Shown here piece by piece: positions 47,254 through 56,034 of a stretch of DNA of 64,000 nt. The translations under genes were made by a program, and so were the position numbers. Origin of the DNA: Elusimicrobiota bacterium (lineage in GTDB: Bacteria; Elusimicrobiota; Endomicrobiia; Endomicrobiales; JBDRNC01); NCBI GenBank assembly GCA_043811535.1, contig JBDRNC010000008.1, forward strand, positions 1 through 64,000. The letters are read 5' to 3'. A model generated the notes under the pieces. It did not search any database, was not told the DNA's origin, and saw nothing but the letters and a program-made list of their open reading frames with translations. The number at the start of each line of letters is the position of its first letter. The first letter of the stretch is position 1.

Positions 47254-48345
47254 ATGAAAATCCTTATTGACGGAAGAGAATTTGAAAAGGGGAAATTGAC
47301 CGGGATAGGGCGGTTCCTGAAAAACGTCCTTGCCATGCTCGCGCCCGCGAGGCCGGGATGGGAGTTTATCCTTGTTCTCAACCAGCACGGGGAGTTTCCC
47401 GACAAGTACCCGAACCTGAAAACCGCCGTTATTCAAGAGAGAAACACTTTATTCACCGATCAGTTCACTCTGTCACGGCTTATCAGGCGGGAACGCGCCG
47501 GCCTGTTCTACTCGCCCTATTACAAGTGCCCTGTTTTCGCGAATGTTCCAAAAATAATCACGATACACGACCTGACGTATTTCATCCTGGAAAGTTCGCC
47601 GCATTTTAACAACAAACCTCTTCTCCTGTGGCACAGGATTATTGCACGCGGGGCGTCAAAGATAATCACTGTTTCCGAAAATTCGGCAAATGACATTAGC
47701 CGCCTGCTGAACGTCAGTCGCGACAAGATAAAGGTTTTATACAACACGGTCTCGGATTCTTTCGTTCCGCGGCCCGGCGTAGAGATATCCAAAACACTCG
47801 CCAATCATTCAATCAGGAAGCCCTATATCGTTTATGTAGGTAATTCAAAGCCCCATAAGAACCTGAAACGGCTTATTGAAGCGTTCTCGCTCCTGCCTGA
47901 AAAAATGCGGAACGCGTATTCGCTTGTCCTTGCCGGCGTTGACCCGTCAATCCTTGATGAATATCCGGATAAGAGCGGGTTTGCCGCGATACCTTTCATC
48001 CCGGACGAAGACCTTCCGGCCCTTTACAGCGGGGCCGAACTCATGGTGTTCCCGTCGCTTTACGAAGGTTTCGGCATTCCTCCGGTTGAAGCGATGGCAT
48101 GCGGGTGCCCCGTGGCGAGTTCCAACGTTTCCTGCATGCCTGAAATACTGGACGACGCGTGCGTTTACTTTAACCCGCTTGATATAAATGATATGTCGGA
48201 AAAAATCCAATTGCTGTTGTCTGATAAGAACCTGCGGGAAGAATTGAGCCATAACGGCAGGGAACGCGCTGAAAGATACCGCTTGAAAGCGTCCGTTCCA
48301 AGAGTACTCGGAATATTTGACGCGTTCGGAGTAAAACATGAATAA
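47254..48345 (+). CDS. Glycosyltransferase family 4
   Basis: TGIGR; TIHDL; PHKNL; PSLYEGFGIPPVEAMACG. Confidence 0.92.
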   Translation: MKILIDGREFEKGKLTGIGRFLKNVLAMLAPARPGWEFILVLNQHGEFPDKYPNLKTAVIQERNTLFTDQFTLSRLIRRERAGLFYSPYYKCPVFANVPKIITIHDLTYFILESSPHFNNKPLLLWHRIIARGASKIITVSENSANDISRLLNVSRDKIKVLYNTVSDSFVPRPGVEISKTLANHSIRKPYIVYVGNSKPHKNLKRLIEAFSLLPEKMRNAYSLVLAGVDPSILDEYPDKSGFAAIPFIPDEDLPALYSGAELMVFPSLYEGFGIPPVEAMACGCPVASSNVSCMPEILDDACVYFNPLDINDMSEKIQLLLSDKNLREELSHNGRERAERYRLKASVPRVLGIFDAFGVKHE

Positions 48346-49879
48346 ACCCAAATACACGCATGACCATGTTCTTTTCCTGCTTTTCACGCTGAACTCCCTG
48401 TTTTATATCTGGTTTTACCGGTTCCTGCCACTACAGGATTATCCTGATTGGCTTTTCCAGGGGCTTTTGTTCTCCAAAGCGCTGAAGGGACAGCTGATGG
48501 AAGGATACCGGCTGATTGGTTATCCCGTGGCGAATTCACTGTCAACTGTCTTCATCGGCCTGTTCGCCCTGCTGTTCAACATTGAGATATCAGGAAAAAT
48601 ACTGCTGTCGGCTTACGCGCTTGTTTTTATCGCCGGCTCTTTTTACATGCTTAATTCACTGGCAGGAAGGGATAATCATCCGTTCCATTACGCCGCGTTC
48701 CTTTTCCTTTTTAACTGCTTCTTCTTCGCCGGCAATATCAATTATGTCATCGGGCTCGGCATACTGTTTTTCGGGATGGGTTATATCCTCAGAAACGCCC
48801 AAACCCCCGAGAAGATTGGCGTCATACCGGTCCTGCTGGCATCCGTACTGCTGTTCTATTCCCACGCCGTGATATTCATGGTTTATCTGTTCTTCGCGGG
48901 GTTATTCGCGCTTTCTACCGCAAGGAAGAATGTTATTCTCAAGGTTCTGGCGGGATTGCTGCCGTCTATCGCGCTGTTCGGGATTTTTGCGGTTAACCAC
49001 CTGCGCATGGCGAAGGCCGCCGCGCCGGTCCCTCTTAATCTCAATTTTCTTTCCATATCGGGAATCGCCGGCAATATCTCGTGCCTTTCCGTTTTCCAAT
49101 ACTTTTACCCTGTCATGGACGCGAATACGAAATACATAAATATTCTCAATATACTTAATCTCGCATTTTGTCTAGTGTTTGCAGTGGTATTATTTTACGG
49201 TTTTCTGAAAATACTTTTAAAATTCAGGGAACACGCCTCGCTGGCTGTTTCAACCGCCGTTCTTTCCCTGTTTGCGTTTTTCAATCCCGGTTATTTCGCG
49301 GGAATCGTCAGGCCGGGCGAAAGGCTTATTTTTCCGGCGGTATGGATAATACTCGCGTTCCTGGCGGCGCGGCCCGGATATCTCGGCGCGAAATCCGGAA
49401 ATATCGTCAGATACGCCGCGATTTTCGCGGTCCTCGCGCAGGCATTCTTCCTTTATTACTTCGGCGGAATGGCCTCAAATCAAATGGCCGGTATGAATGC
49501 CGCGCTTGAGCAAAGCGGCGTTAAGGGCGATTACACGCTTGCCCCGGAAAGCCATTTTAACTATGAAAATACATTCCGCACGGATTTTAAAAAACCTAAA
49601 TTCCTCGGAAGGATATCGCCGCTCATACGCCTGCCGTATTACCTTAACATAAACAATTACGCGTACACCTCTGTTTTCCCGACGGGGATATTCATATCCG
49701 TTAAAGAATACGCGGCCGCGAATTCAATTACGGACATCCAAAACAATGCCGCGTCGTACAGGGATAACGTGATTATCGCAGGGCATCGCGCGGGGAATAA
49801 TTTTATCGCAGGAAAATTGAGCAAACGATATAAAATTGTCATTGACGAAAAATATTTCATGCTCCTAAAGAAAAAATAA
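48338..49879 (+). CDS. Multi-pass membrane protein, possible GT-C glycosyltransferase
   Basis: About 12 TMs; LPLQDYPDW acidic motif after TM1; ERLIFP; located in the GT cluster. Confidence 0.6.
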   Translation: MNKPKYTHDHVLFLLFTLNSLFYIWFYRFLPLQDYPDWLFQGLLFSKALKGQLMEGYRLIGYPVANSLSTVFIGLFALLFNIEISGKILLSAYALVFIAGSFYMLNSLAGRDNHPFHYAAFLFLFNCFFFAGNINYVIGLGILFFGMGYILRNAQTPEKIGVIPVLLASVLLFYSHAVIFMVYLFFAGLFALSTARKNVILKVLAGLLPSIALFGIFAVNHLRMAKAAAPVPLNLNFLSISGIAGNISCLSVFQYFYPVMDANTKYINILNILNLAFCLVFAVVLFYGFLKILLKFREHASLAVSTAVLSLFAFFNPGYFAGIVRPGERLIFPAVWIILAFLAARPGYLGAKSGNIVRYAAIFAVLAQAFFLYYFGGMASNQMAGMNAALEQSGVKGDYTLAPESHFNYENTFRTDFKKPKFLGRISPLIRLPYYLNINNYAYTSVFPTGIFISVKEYAAANSITDIQNNAASYRDNVIIAGHRAGNNFIAGKLSKRYKIVIDEKYFMLLKKK

Positions 49880-50952
49880 TGGAATTCAAGGCCGGTAAAA
49901 TCCTGGTAGTCAATCTTGGCGGGCTGGGCGACATCGTGATGATGACGCCCATACTGAAAGCCGTAAAGAAGAAATATCCCGGCTCAAGCATCTCTCTTCT
50001 GACTATACCCCGCTCGCTGGAAATATCAAAGAATCTTTCCGGCATCGACAGATTCTACACGCTGCCGATGACATTTAAGACTCCCTCGCCGTTCTTTTTC
50101 CTGAAACTGCTCCGTGCGGCGCTGGATTTGAGAAAAGAACGGTTTGACGCTCTTATTGACTTCAAGGGGGTACAGACAACACCGGGCAGCTTAAAGATGT
50201 TTCTGCTAGTTAAAATAATTAACGCGAAAACGTCTATCGGAAGGAACCTCGGAGGAAAAGGATGGTTTTTTGACCATAAAATCAAAGAGACCGTCAATAA
50301 ACCTAACACTGAAGTTGAACATACGCTGAAACTGCTTGAACCTCTGGAAATAACGGAATTTGACAAGACGATAGAGTATCCCGTCACGCGGCAGGACACG
50401 GAATTCATTGATTCCGAGCTTAAGAAATTAAATATTGACAAGGCCGTTCACAAGCTCATCGGCCTCAATCCAGGCGCGTTCAGGCCTTCGCGCAGGTGGC
50501 CTATTGATAGCTGGAAAGATCTGATAAACCTTTTAACCGTGAAATATCCCGACTGCAGGATATTCATTACGGGCGAGCAAAGCGAGCTGACTTCCATCGA
50601 GAAACTGAAAATCTCGGATAACGTTATCGTAACAAACGGCAAATACTCAATCGGACAGCTGGCGGCTTTGTTCAGCAAGCTTGATGTGTTTATCACGAAT
50701 GACACCGGGCCCATGCACCTGGCGGCCGCCGCGGGCGCGAAAATTACCGCTATATTCGGCCCGGGCGATGTCCACAGGTTCAGCCCTTCAGTCGCGAAAG
50801 AAAAATACAGGATAGTAAGAAAAGACATACCCGGCTGCGAAAGGCCCTGCTACAAATTCAGCTGTGACAATCCTGTATGCCTGACGGGCATACAGCCCGC
50901 TGAAGTGTTCGCGGCAGCGGACAATCTCCTTAAATCAGGCAAACAACAATGA
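49879..50952 (+). CDS. Glycosyltransferase family 9 (heptosyltransferase-like)
   Basis: GGLGDIV; LNPGA...RRWP; ITNDTGPMHLAAA; C-terminal CxPC...C. Confidence 0.92.
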   Translation: MEFKAGKILVVNLGGLGDIVMMTPILKAVKKKYPGSSISLLTIPRSLEISKNLSGIDRFYTLPMTFKTPSPFFFLKLLRAALDLRKERFDALIDFKGVQTTPGSLKMFLLVKIINAKTSIGRNLGGKGWFFDHKIKETVNKPNTEVEHTLKLLEPLEITEFDKTIEYPVTRQDTEFIDSELKKLNIDKAVHKLIGLNPGAFRPSRRWPIDSWKDLINLLTVKYPDCRIFITGEQSELTSIEKLKISDNVIVTNGKYSIGQLAALFSKLDVFITNDTGPMHLAAAAGAKITAIFGPGDVHRFSPSVAKEKYRIVRKDIPGCERPCYKFSCDNPVCLTGIQPAEVFAAADNLLKSGKQQ

Positions 50953-52127
50953 ATAAATCGAAGATAGTCCACATCATCACGCGTCTTGATACCGGCGGCA
51001 GCGCTGAAAACACGATAATCACCTGTTCGCTTTCGGACAAATCAAGATTTGAGACCACTCTCGTTTACGGCCCGCCCTTGATAAAAACTCTTTCCTGCGA
51101 AAGCGTCGTCCTGCCATCGCTTGTCAGGGAGATTTCTCCGGTTAAGGATATAATTACGCTTATCGCACTCTTCAGACTGCTTAGGAAGATTAAGCCGGAC
51201 GTAGTGCACACGCATTCGTCAAAGGGCGGCGTGATAGGCCGCTGGGCCGCCTGGCTGTATAACCAAACAACCAGGGTCCAGGGTCCAGGGTCCAGGATGA
51301 CGAAAATAGTCCACACACCACACGGGCACGTATTTTATGGCTATGAGTTCGGCCTTGTAAAAACACTTGTTTTCCGGCTGGTTGAAATATTCTCGGCGTT
51401 CATAACAACCAAATTGATAGCGCTGACGCAGGGCGAGATGAAAGAATCCCTTAGCGCGGGCGTCGGTAAGCCGGGCCAGTGGACCGTCATACACAGCGGA
51501 GTGGACATCGATCCCGCGGCTTTAAAGCCCGGGGCTTCCGTGAGGAAACAGCTGGGCCTGCCCGAAAACGCGCTGGTGGCAGGCACGATAGCAAGGCTTG
51601 AACACGTCAAGGGCGTTAAGTTTCTCATAGAAGCGGCCGGACTGTTAAGCAAGCGCGGGATGCGGGATGTTTACTGGCTGGTGGTCGGCGGCGGGAAATT
51701 AATGGACGTTCTCGCGTCAAGAGCGAACGCGCTCGGCCTCAAGGACAGGATTGTCTTTGCGGGGATGAGAGATGATGTCACGGAAATGTTTTCTTCAATG
51801 GATATATACGTCCAGCCGTCCCTGAATGAAGGAATGGGAAAAACAATCGTACAGGCCTGCGCGCTCGGGCTTCCGGTAATCGCTTCAAGAGTGCAGGGAA
51901 TACCAGATATAATTAAAGACGAGGAAACGGGAATGCTTGTTCCGCCGGCGAATCCCGAAGCGCTCGCGGAAAAGATTCAAGAATTGATAAATGATCCCGC
52001 AAAAAGAAAGAAACTCGGTGAATCCGGCAGGATATTCGTCAACAGGATATCCGACGGATTCCCTTTTTTCAGCAGCAAGAGAATGGTTCACCTGATGGAA
52101 AAACTATATGAAAACCTTCTGCGTTAG
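50949..52127 (+). CDS. Glycosyltransferase family 4 carrying an in-frame heptamer-array insertion
   Basis: HIITRLDTGG; HTHSSKGG; HTPHGHVF; PSLNEGMG; CCAGGGT x3 + CCAGGAT at 51271-51298. Confidence 0.92.
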   Translation: MNKSKIVHIITRLDTGGSAENTIITCSLSDKSRFETTLVYGPPLIKTLSCESVVLPSLVREISPVKDIITLIALFRLLRKIKPDVVHTHSSKGGVIGRWAAWLYNQTTRVQGPGSRMTKIVHTPHGHVFYGYEFGLVKTLVFRLVEIFSAFITTKLIALTQGEMKESLSAGVGKPGQWTVIHSGVDIDPAALKPGASVRKQLGLPENALVAGTIARLEHVKGVKFLIEAAGLLSKRGMRDVYWLVVGGGKLMDVLASRANALGLKDRIVFAGMRDDVTEMFSSMDIYVQPSLNEGMGKTIVQACALGLPVIASRVQGIPDIIKDEETGMLVPPANPEALAEKIQELINDPAKRKKLGESGRIFVNRISDGFPFFSSKRMVHLMEKLYENLLR

Positions 52128-53523
52128 GATTGCCCTGATTTTTCTCGCGATTTGCTTTTTCCCGGATTTTCCGCTTGCCGCGGCCGCGCGCGGCGGCATG
52201 CGCCAGGTTTCCTGCATTGTGCATATCCAGTCATCATTCAGCGGGAAATCAACCGAATCTTTCAGCGATATCCTGAAACAAAGCCGGGCGCTGGGCATTG
52301 ACGCCGTGGTTTTCAACGAAAAAGACATGATGAGATGGGAATACGGCCTGTGGCCGTTCCGCAACATCATGAAAAGAACCGTCCAGGACAACTCGGTGCT
52401 CCTGCTCGGCCCCGCAAGATACCTCGGCGCCATGAAAAACGCAAGCCGGGATTTTCCTGATATGGTTGTCATCCCGGGCGTCGAGTCGGCCCCGTTTTAC
52501 TGCTGGAAAGGAAATCCGCTTGCCGGCAATCTTCAACTGCTCGGCTGGCACAAGCACATGCTTGTCATAGGCATGGAAAAACCCGAGGACTACGAAAACC
52601 TGCCGCTTGTCTCCAATCCGAAAGCAGGCGCTTTCAATCTGCTCATGTTCTGGCCCCTTGCGGTTATCGCGGGCGGGATGATTCTCAGAAAAAGAAGAAC
52701 GCTTGCCGCACTTCTTGTGTTTACCGGAACTCTGCTGCTGATAAACAATTATCCTTTCAGGTATTTCGAATTCAGCCAGTATTCCCACGGTTACGGGGAA
52801 AAGCCCTATCAGAAGCTCATTGATTACGTTGATAAGAAAGGCGGATTGACTTTCTGGGCTCATCCCGAAGCGGTCAACTGGGAAACTCCGAGAAGATTCG
52901 GAAGCATCACGGTTTCAACCCAGCGATACCCTCAAAGCATTTTGGACACAGTTGGCTGCACCGGTTTCGCTATTTTCTCGCAGGGATGGCGCGAGGCGGG
53001 AAAACCCGGCGGGTACTGGGACCAGGCCCTTGCCGAATACTGCGGGGGATTCAGGGAAAAACCCGTTTGGGCCATAGGCGAGATCGATTACGACGCGAAC
53101 TCATACCCTCTTAACCAGATACAGAACATACTCTGGGTCAAGGAGAAAACAAAAGAAGCGGTCCTTCAATCGCTGAAGAACGGCAATTATTACGTAACGT
53201 GGCGCAACATGAAATGGGGCTTCAAACTCAGCGGTTTTTCGCTTTCCAGCGGCAGGAACAAAGCCGTGTGCGGCGAAGAGATCAAATACGCCGGTCCGGT
53301 CCGCGCGCGCATGGTCATTACCGCGACGGATTCCCAAAAGCATAAAACCACGGTGAGAATAATCCGCAACGGGAAAGTGGATAAATTGATAATCGCCCAA
53401 ACGCCGGTTGAAATAGTATACGAAGACAGCGAAAAACTTCCGGATCAGATGAATTTCTACAGGTTCATGATAGAAGGCGGCTATCCGATACTGGCGACCA
53501 ATCCGGTGTTTGTAAAGCGATGA
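52108..53523 (+). CDS. PHP-like metallohydrolase domain membrane protein
   Basis: Signal-like N-terminus; VHIQSSFS, IPGVES, KHMLV and FWAHPE PHP-like motifs; internal pair of hydrophobic helices. Confidence 0.62.
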   Translation: MKTFCVRIALIFLAICFFPDFPLAAAARGGMRQVSCIVHIQSSFSGKSTESFSDILKQSRALGIDAVVFNEKDMMRWEYGLWPFRNIMKRTVQDNSVLLLGPARYLGAMKNASRDFPDMVVIPGVESAPFYCWKGNPLAGNLQLLGWHKHMLVIGMEKPEDYENLPLVSNPKAGAFNLLMFWPLAVIAGGMILRKRRTLAALLVFTGTLLLINNYPFRYFEFSQYSHGYGEKPYQKLIDYVDKKGGLTFWAHPEAVNWETPRRFGSITVSTQRYPQSILDTVGCTGFAIFSQGWREAGKPGGYWDQALAEYCGGFREKPVWAIGEIDYDANSYPLNQIQNILWVKEKTKEAVLQSLKNGNYYVTWRNMKWGFKLSGFSLSSGRNKAVCGEEIKYAGPVRARMVITATDSQKHKTTVRIIRNGKVDKLIIAQTPVEIVYEDSEKLPDQMNFYRFMIEGGYPILATNPVFVKR

Positions 53524-53530
53524 ATACGAC

Positions 53531-53586
53531 GATTACACAGATTTCAAACGAAGATTACACGGATAGCAAACGAAGATTACACAGAT
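53531..53586 (+). repeat. Orphan 3-unit GATTACAC(A/G)GAT array, 22-bp period
   Basis: Units start at 53531, 53553 and 53575; same core as the array at 58825-58924. Confidence 0.9.
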
Positions 53587-53605
53587 ACGTCATTCTGATG
53601 TTGCT

Positions 53606-53679
53606 GTCATCCCCGAAATCCGTAATCGGGGAACCACTTTCACGGAAACTTGGATTCCCCGGTTAAACCGGGGAATGAC
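53606..53679. repeat. GTCAT...ATGAC double-hairpin palindromic element
   Basis: GTCATCCCCGA..TCGGGGA..TGGATTCCCCGGTTAAACCGGGGAATGAC; truncated relative at 57934-57962. Confidence 0.75.
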
Positions 53680-53735
53680 AAACTTAGGCTTGAATGTATG
53701 TTCTGTCGCAACGGTCTGATTTAGTCAGCAATAAG

Positions 53736-53764
53736 ATGAAATATTTCGCGTTTTTTGTTATAAT
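53736..53764 (+). promoter_or_regulatory. Putative extended -10 promoter giving a leaderless wbqC mRNA
   Basis: ATGAAA-17 bp-TATAAT with TGn extension (TGTTATAAT). Only 6 nt separate it from ATG 53771, and there is no SD. Confidence 0.62.
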
Positions 53765-53770
53765 TTCTAT

Positions 53771-54451
53771 ATGATTTTGGCGGTGCATCAACCCCAGTAT
53801 CTGCCGTGGTTGGGATATTTTCACAAGATTGCCAATTGTGATCTTTTCATCTTTTTGGATGACGTCCAGTACAAGAAAAGAGAGTTCCAGAACAGGAATA
53901 AGATTAAAACGCCGAACGGCCCGCTCTGGCTCACGGTACCGGTCGCCACAAAGGGCAAATATTCGCAGAAAATTAGCGAGGTTACGATAGATAAAGAGAC
54001 CGGATGGAACAATGAACACTGGAAGTCCGTTGAGCATAATTACGCCCACGCGCGTTTTTTCAGCGAGCATAAAACTATTTTCAGCGATGTATACGGCATG
54101 AAGTGGGACAAACTTATAGATCTCTCCATGAAAATAATCGAAAACACTCTTTCATATCTTGACATCAAAACACCCTGCAAGATGTCGTCGGAATACGGCG
54201 TAACATCCTCCTCAACCCAGAGAATCATAGACCTGTGTAAGAAAACCGGCGCCGATACTTATCTCTCGGGTGCCGGCGGCAGGGAATACATGGATGAAAA
54301 ACTCTTTACTGACAACAATATCCGGCTCACATATCAGGACTACAAGCATCCGGAATATGAACAGCTGCACGGAAAATTTGAGCCGTATCTGTCGGTAATA
54401 GACCTGCTGATGAACTGCGGCCCGCAAAGCCGCGGAATTTTACTGGGTTGA
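53771..54451 (+). CDS. wbqC: WbqC family protein
   Basis: HQPQYLPWLGYFHKI..DDVQY..QNRNKI; YLSGAGG; LSVIDLLMN. Confidence 0.92.
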   Translation: MILAVHQPQYLPWLGYFHKIANCDLFIFLDDVQYKKREFQNRNKIKTPNGPLWLTVPVATKGKYSQKISEVTIDKETGWNNEHWKSVEHNYAHARFFSEHKTIFSDVYGMKWDKLIDLSMKIIENTLSYLDIKTPCKMSSEYGVTSSSTQRIIDLCKKTGADTYLSGAGGREYMDEKLFTDNNIRLTYQDYKHPEYEQLHGKFEPYLSVIDLLMNCGPQSRGILLG

Positions 54452-54468
54452 TATATCCGTTCCCGACT

Positions 54469-54494
54469 GTAGCCGGCACTTAAGTGCCGGCTAC
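54469..54494. repeat. GTAG-type REP, single 26-bp perfect palindrome
   Basis: GTAGCCGGCACTTAAGTGCCGGCTAC. Confidence 0.85.
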
Positions 54495-54515
54495 CAACGA
54501 ATATACAGGATTGGA

Positions 54516-54977
54516 ATGAACAGATTCCTAAGAAAAGAATACGAAAAAACAAGGAAACTGCCGGCGCCGAAGATGCTTATCAAGCTGATCGGCTGGATTT
54601 TCCCGTTTTCCATGCCCTGCAAGATAAGGCCCTGGCTGCTGCGCGTGGCGGGAGCGAACATCGGGAAACACATATTCATCGGCAGAATGTGCGTCATAGA
54701 CGATAATTTCACGGAACTGCTCACGATCGAGGATGACGTCATTATCTCATACGGGGCGATGATCTTCTGCCACGACAGGTCCAAACCAGAAACTGTTTTG
54801 GGACCGGTTGTGCTTAAAAAAGGATGTTATCTCGGATTCGGCTGCCTTGTCCTTCCCGGAGTAACGGTTGGAGAAAACGCTATTGTGGGCGCCGGAGCGG
54901 TGGTCACTAAAGATGTCCCTCCGGGAGTAACAGTTGTCGGAATACCGGCAAGCCCCATAAAAGCTGGTAAGCCTTAA
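54516..54977 (+). CDS. Hexapeptide-repeat acyltransferase
   Basis: VLPGVTVGENAIVGAGAVVTKDVPP...GIPA. Confidence 0.9.
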   Translation: MNRFLRKEYEKTRKLPAPKMLIKLIGWIFPFSMPCKIRPWLLRVAGANIGKHIFIGRMCVIDDNFTELLTIEDDVIISYGAMIFCHDRSKPETVLGPVVLKKGCYLGFGCLVLPGVTVGENAIVGAGAVVTKDVPPGVTVVGIPASPIKAGKP

Positions 54978-55013
54978 GTATTGCTATGATTTGGATTTTG
55001 TTTTTTTGAGCTT

Positions 55014-55048
55014 ATTTAGTGTTTAGAACTTAGTATTTAGTGTTTGAG
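55014..55048. repeat. Heptamer array (ATTTAGT-type) running into the RBS
   Basis: ATTTAGT GTTTAGA ACTTAGT ATTTAGT GTTTGAG. Confidence 0.7.
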
Positions 55049-55054
55049 GTAATT

Positions 55055-55855
55055 ATGTACGAAAAATACTGGAGCTTTAAAGAAAAACCGTTTGAGAACA
55101 CGCCGGACCCTAAATTCCTCTACAGTTCTCCGCAGCACGAGGAAGGGCTGAACCGCATGCTTTACGTCGTAAGGGAAAGCAAAGGCGCCGGGCTTCTCAC
55201 GGGCGTTTACGGCTGCGGAAAAACGCTTTTGGCGCGCGCCCTGATGAAAGAGCTTGAAATTTCAGTATATAAGGTCGCCCTCCTTACAAACCCGCGCCTT
55301 GACGACATTGAAATGCTGAGGATGATAACCCACCATCTCGGGCTGGCCGAACCTCCGGTAAGAAAAGCGGATGTGCTGATAGCGCTTGAAAAGATACTCC
55401 AGAACAACATGAATGACGGAAAAAAAACCGTTGTCGTGATAGACGAAGCCCACGCGATAGAAGACAGGAGCATTTTTGAGGAAATAAGATTGCTGCTTAA
55501 TTTCCAACATGCCGATAAATTTCTGCTCACGCTGATACTGCTGGGCCAGCCGGAACTGAAAGATATAATAGAAGGGAACAAACAGTTGAACCAGCGCATC
55601 GCGATGAGGTATTATCTTGACAACCTGGACGCGTCTGAGACGGATCATTATATAAAACACAGGCTTAAAGTTGTGGGAAGCAATTCCGACATATTTACCC
55701 AAAAAGCCATCGATTTGATACACGAGCGTTCGGGCGGCATTCCGAGAAGGATAAACCAGCTTTGCGACTCGTCGCTTCTGACCGGATACGGCAAAGAAGC
55801 GGATATAATTGACGATGAGATAGTGGAAGAGACGATAAGAAGTTTATCTTTATAA
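55055..55855 (+). CDS. ExeA-like AAA ATPase (stand-alone)
   Basis: MYEKYW..EKPFENTPDP; Walker A GVYGCGKT; Walker B VVIDEAH; LLGQPEL; SGGIPRRIN. GAGG RBS before ATG 55055. Confidence 0.9.
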   Translation: MYEKYWSFKEKPFENTPDPKFLYSSPQHEEGLNRMLYVVRESKGAGLLTGVYGCGKTLLARALMKELEISVYKVALLTNPRLDDIEMLRMITHHLGLAEPPVRKADVLIALEKILQNNMNDGKKTVVVIDEAHAIEDRSIFEEIRLLLNFQHADKFLLTLILLGQPELKDIIEGNKQLNQRIAMRYYLDNLDASETDHYIKHRLKVVGSNSDIFTQKAIDLIHERSGGIPRRINQLCDSSLLTGYGKEADIIDDEIVEETIRSLSL

Positions 55856-55857
55856 GA

Positions 55858-56010
55858 TTTTAACATCCATCCTCCCCTTCGATAATAGGGGGAAGCACAG
55901 TGTGCTTCCCCACTGGGATGTTCGTAGATGGGGGTGCCGGAGGAACGAGGTGGGGATGGAAAGAAAATAATCGTCACCCCCATCCCAACCTTCCCCCGTC
56001 AAGGGGGAAG
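55858..56010. repeat. Composite palindromic intergenic element, copy 1
   Basis: 55858-55958 matches 62657-62757 with one mismatch. Contains GGGGAAGCAC-AGT-GTGCTTCCCC, followed by a CTTCCCCC..GGGGGAAG hairpin. Confidence 0.9.
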
Positions 56011-56034
56011 AAGATAGGTAGAACGGAGATAATC

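Noticed and set aside
53684..54070. Minus-strand 128-aa ORF
   Set aside because: Antisense to the well-supported wbqC and has no motifs.
55900..56034. N-terminal extension of the PIG-L protein
   Set aside because: It is read-through of the palindromic repeat; the RBS and family start are at 56035.
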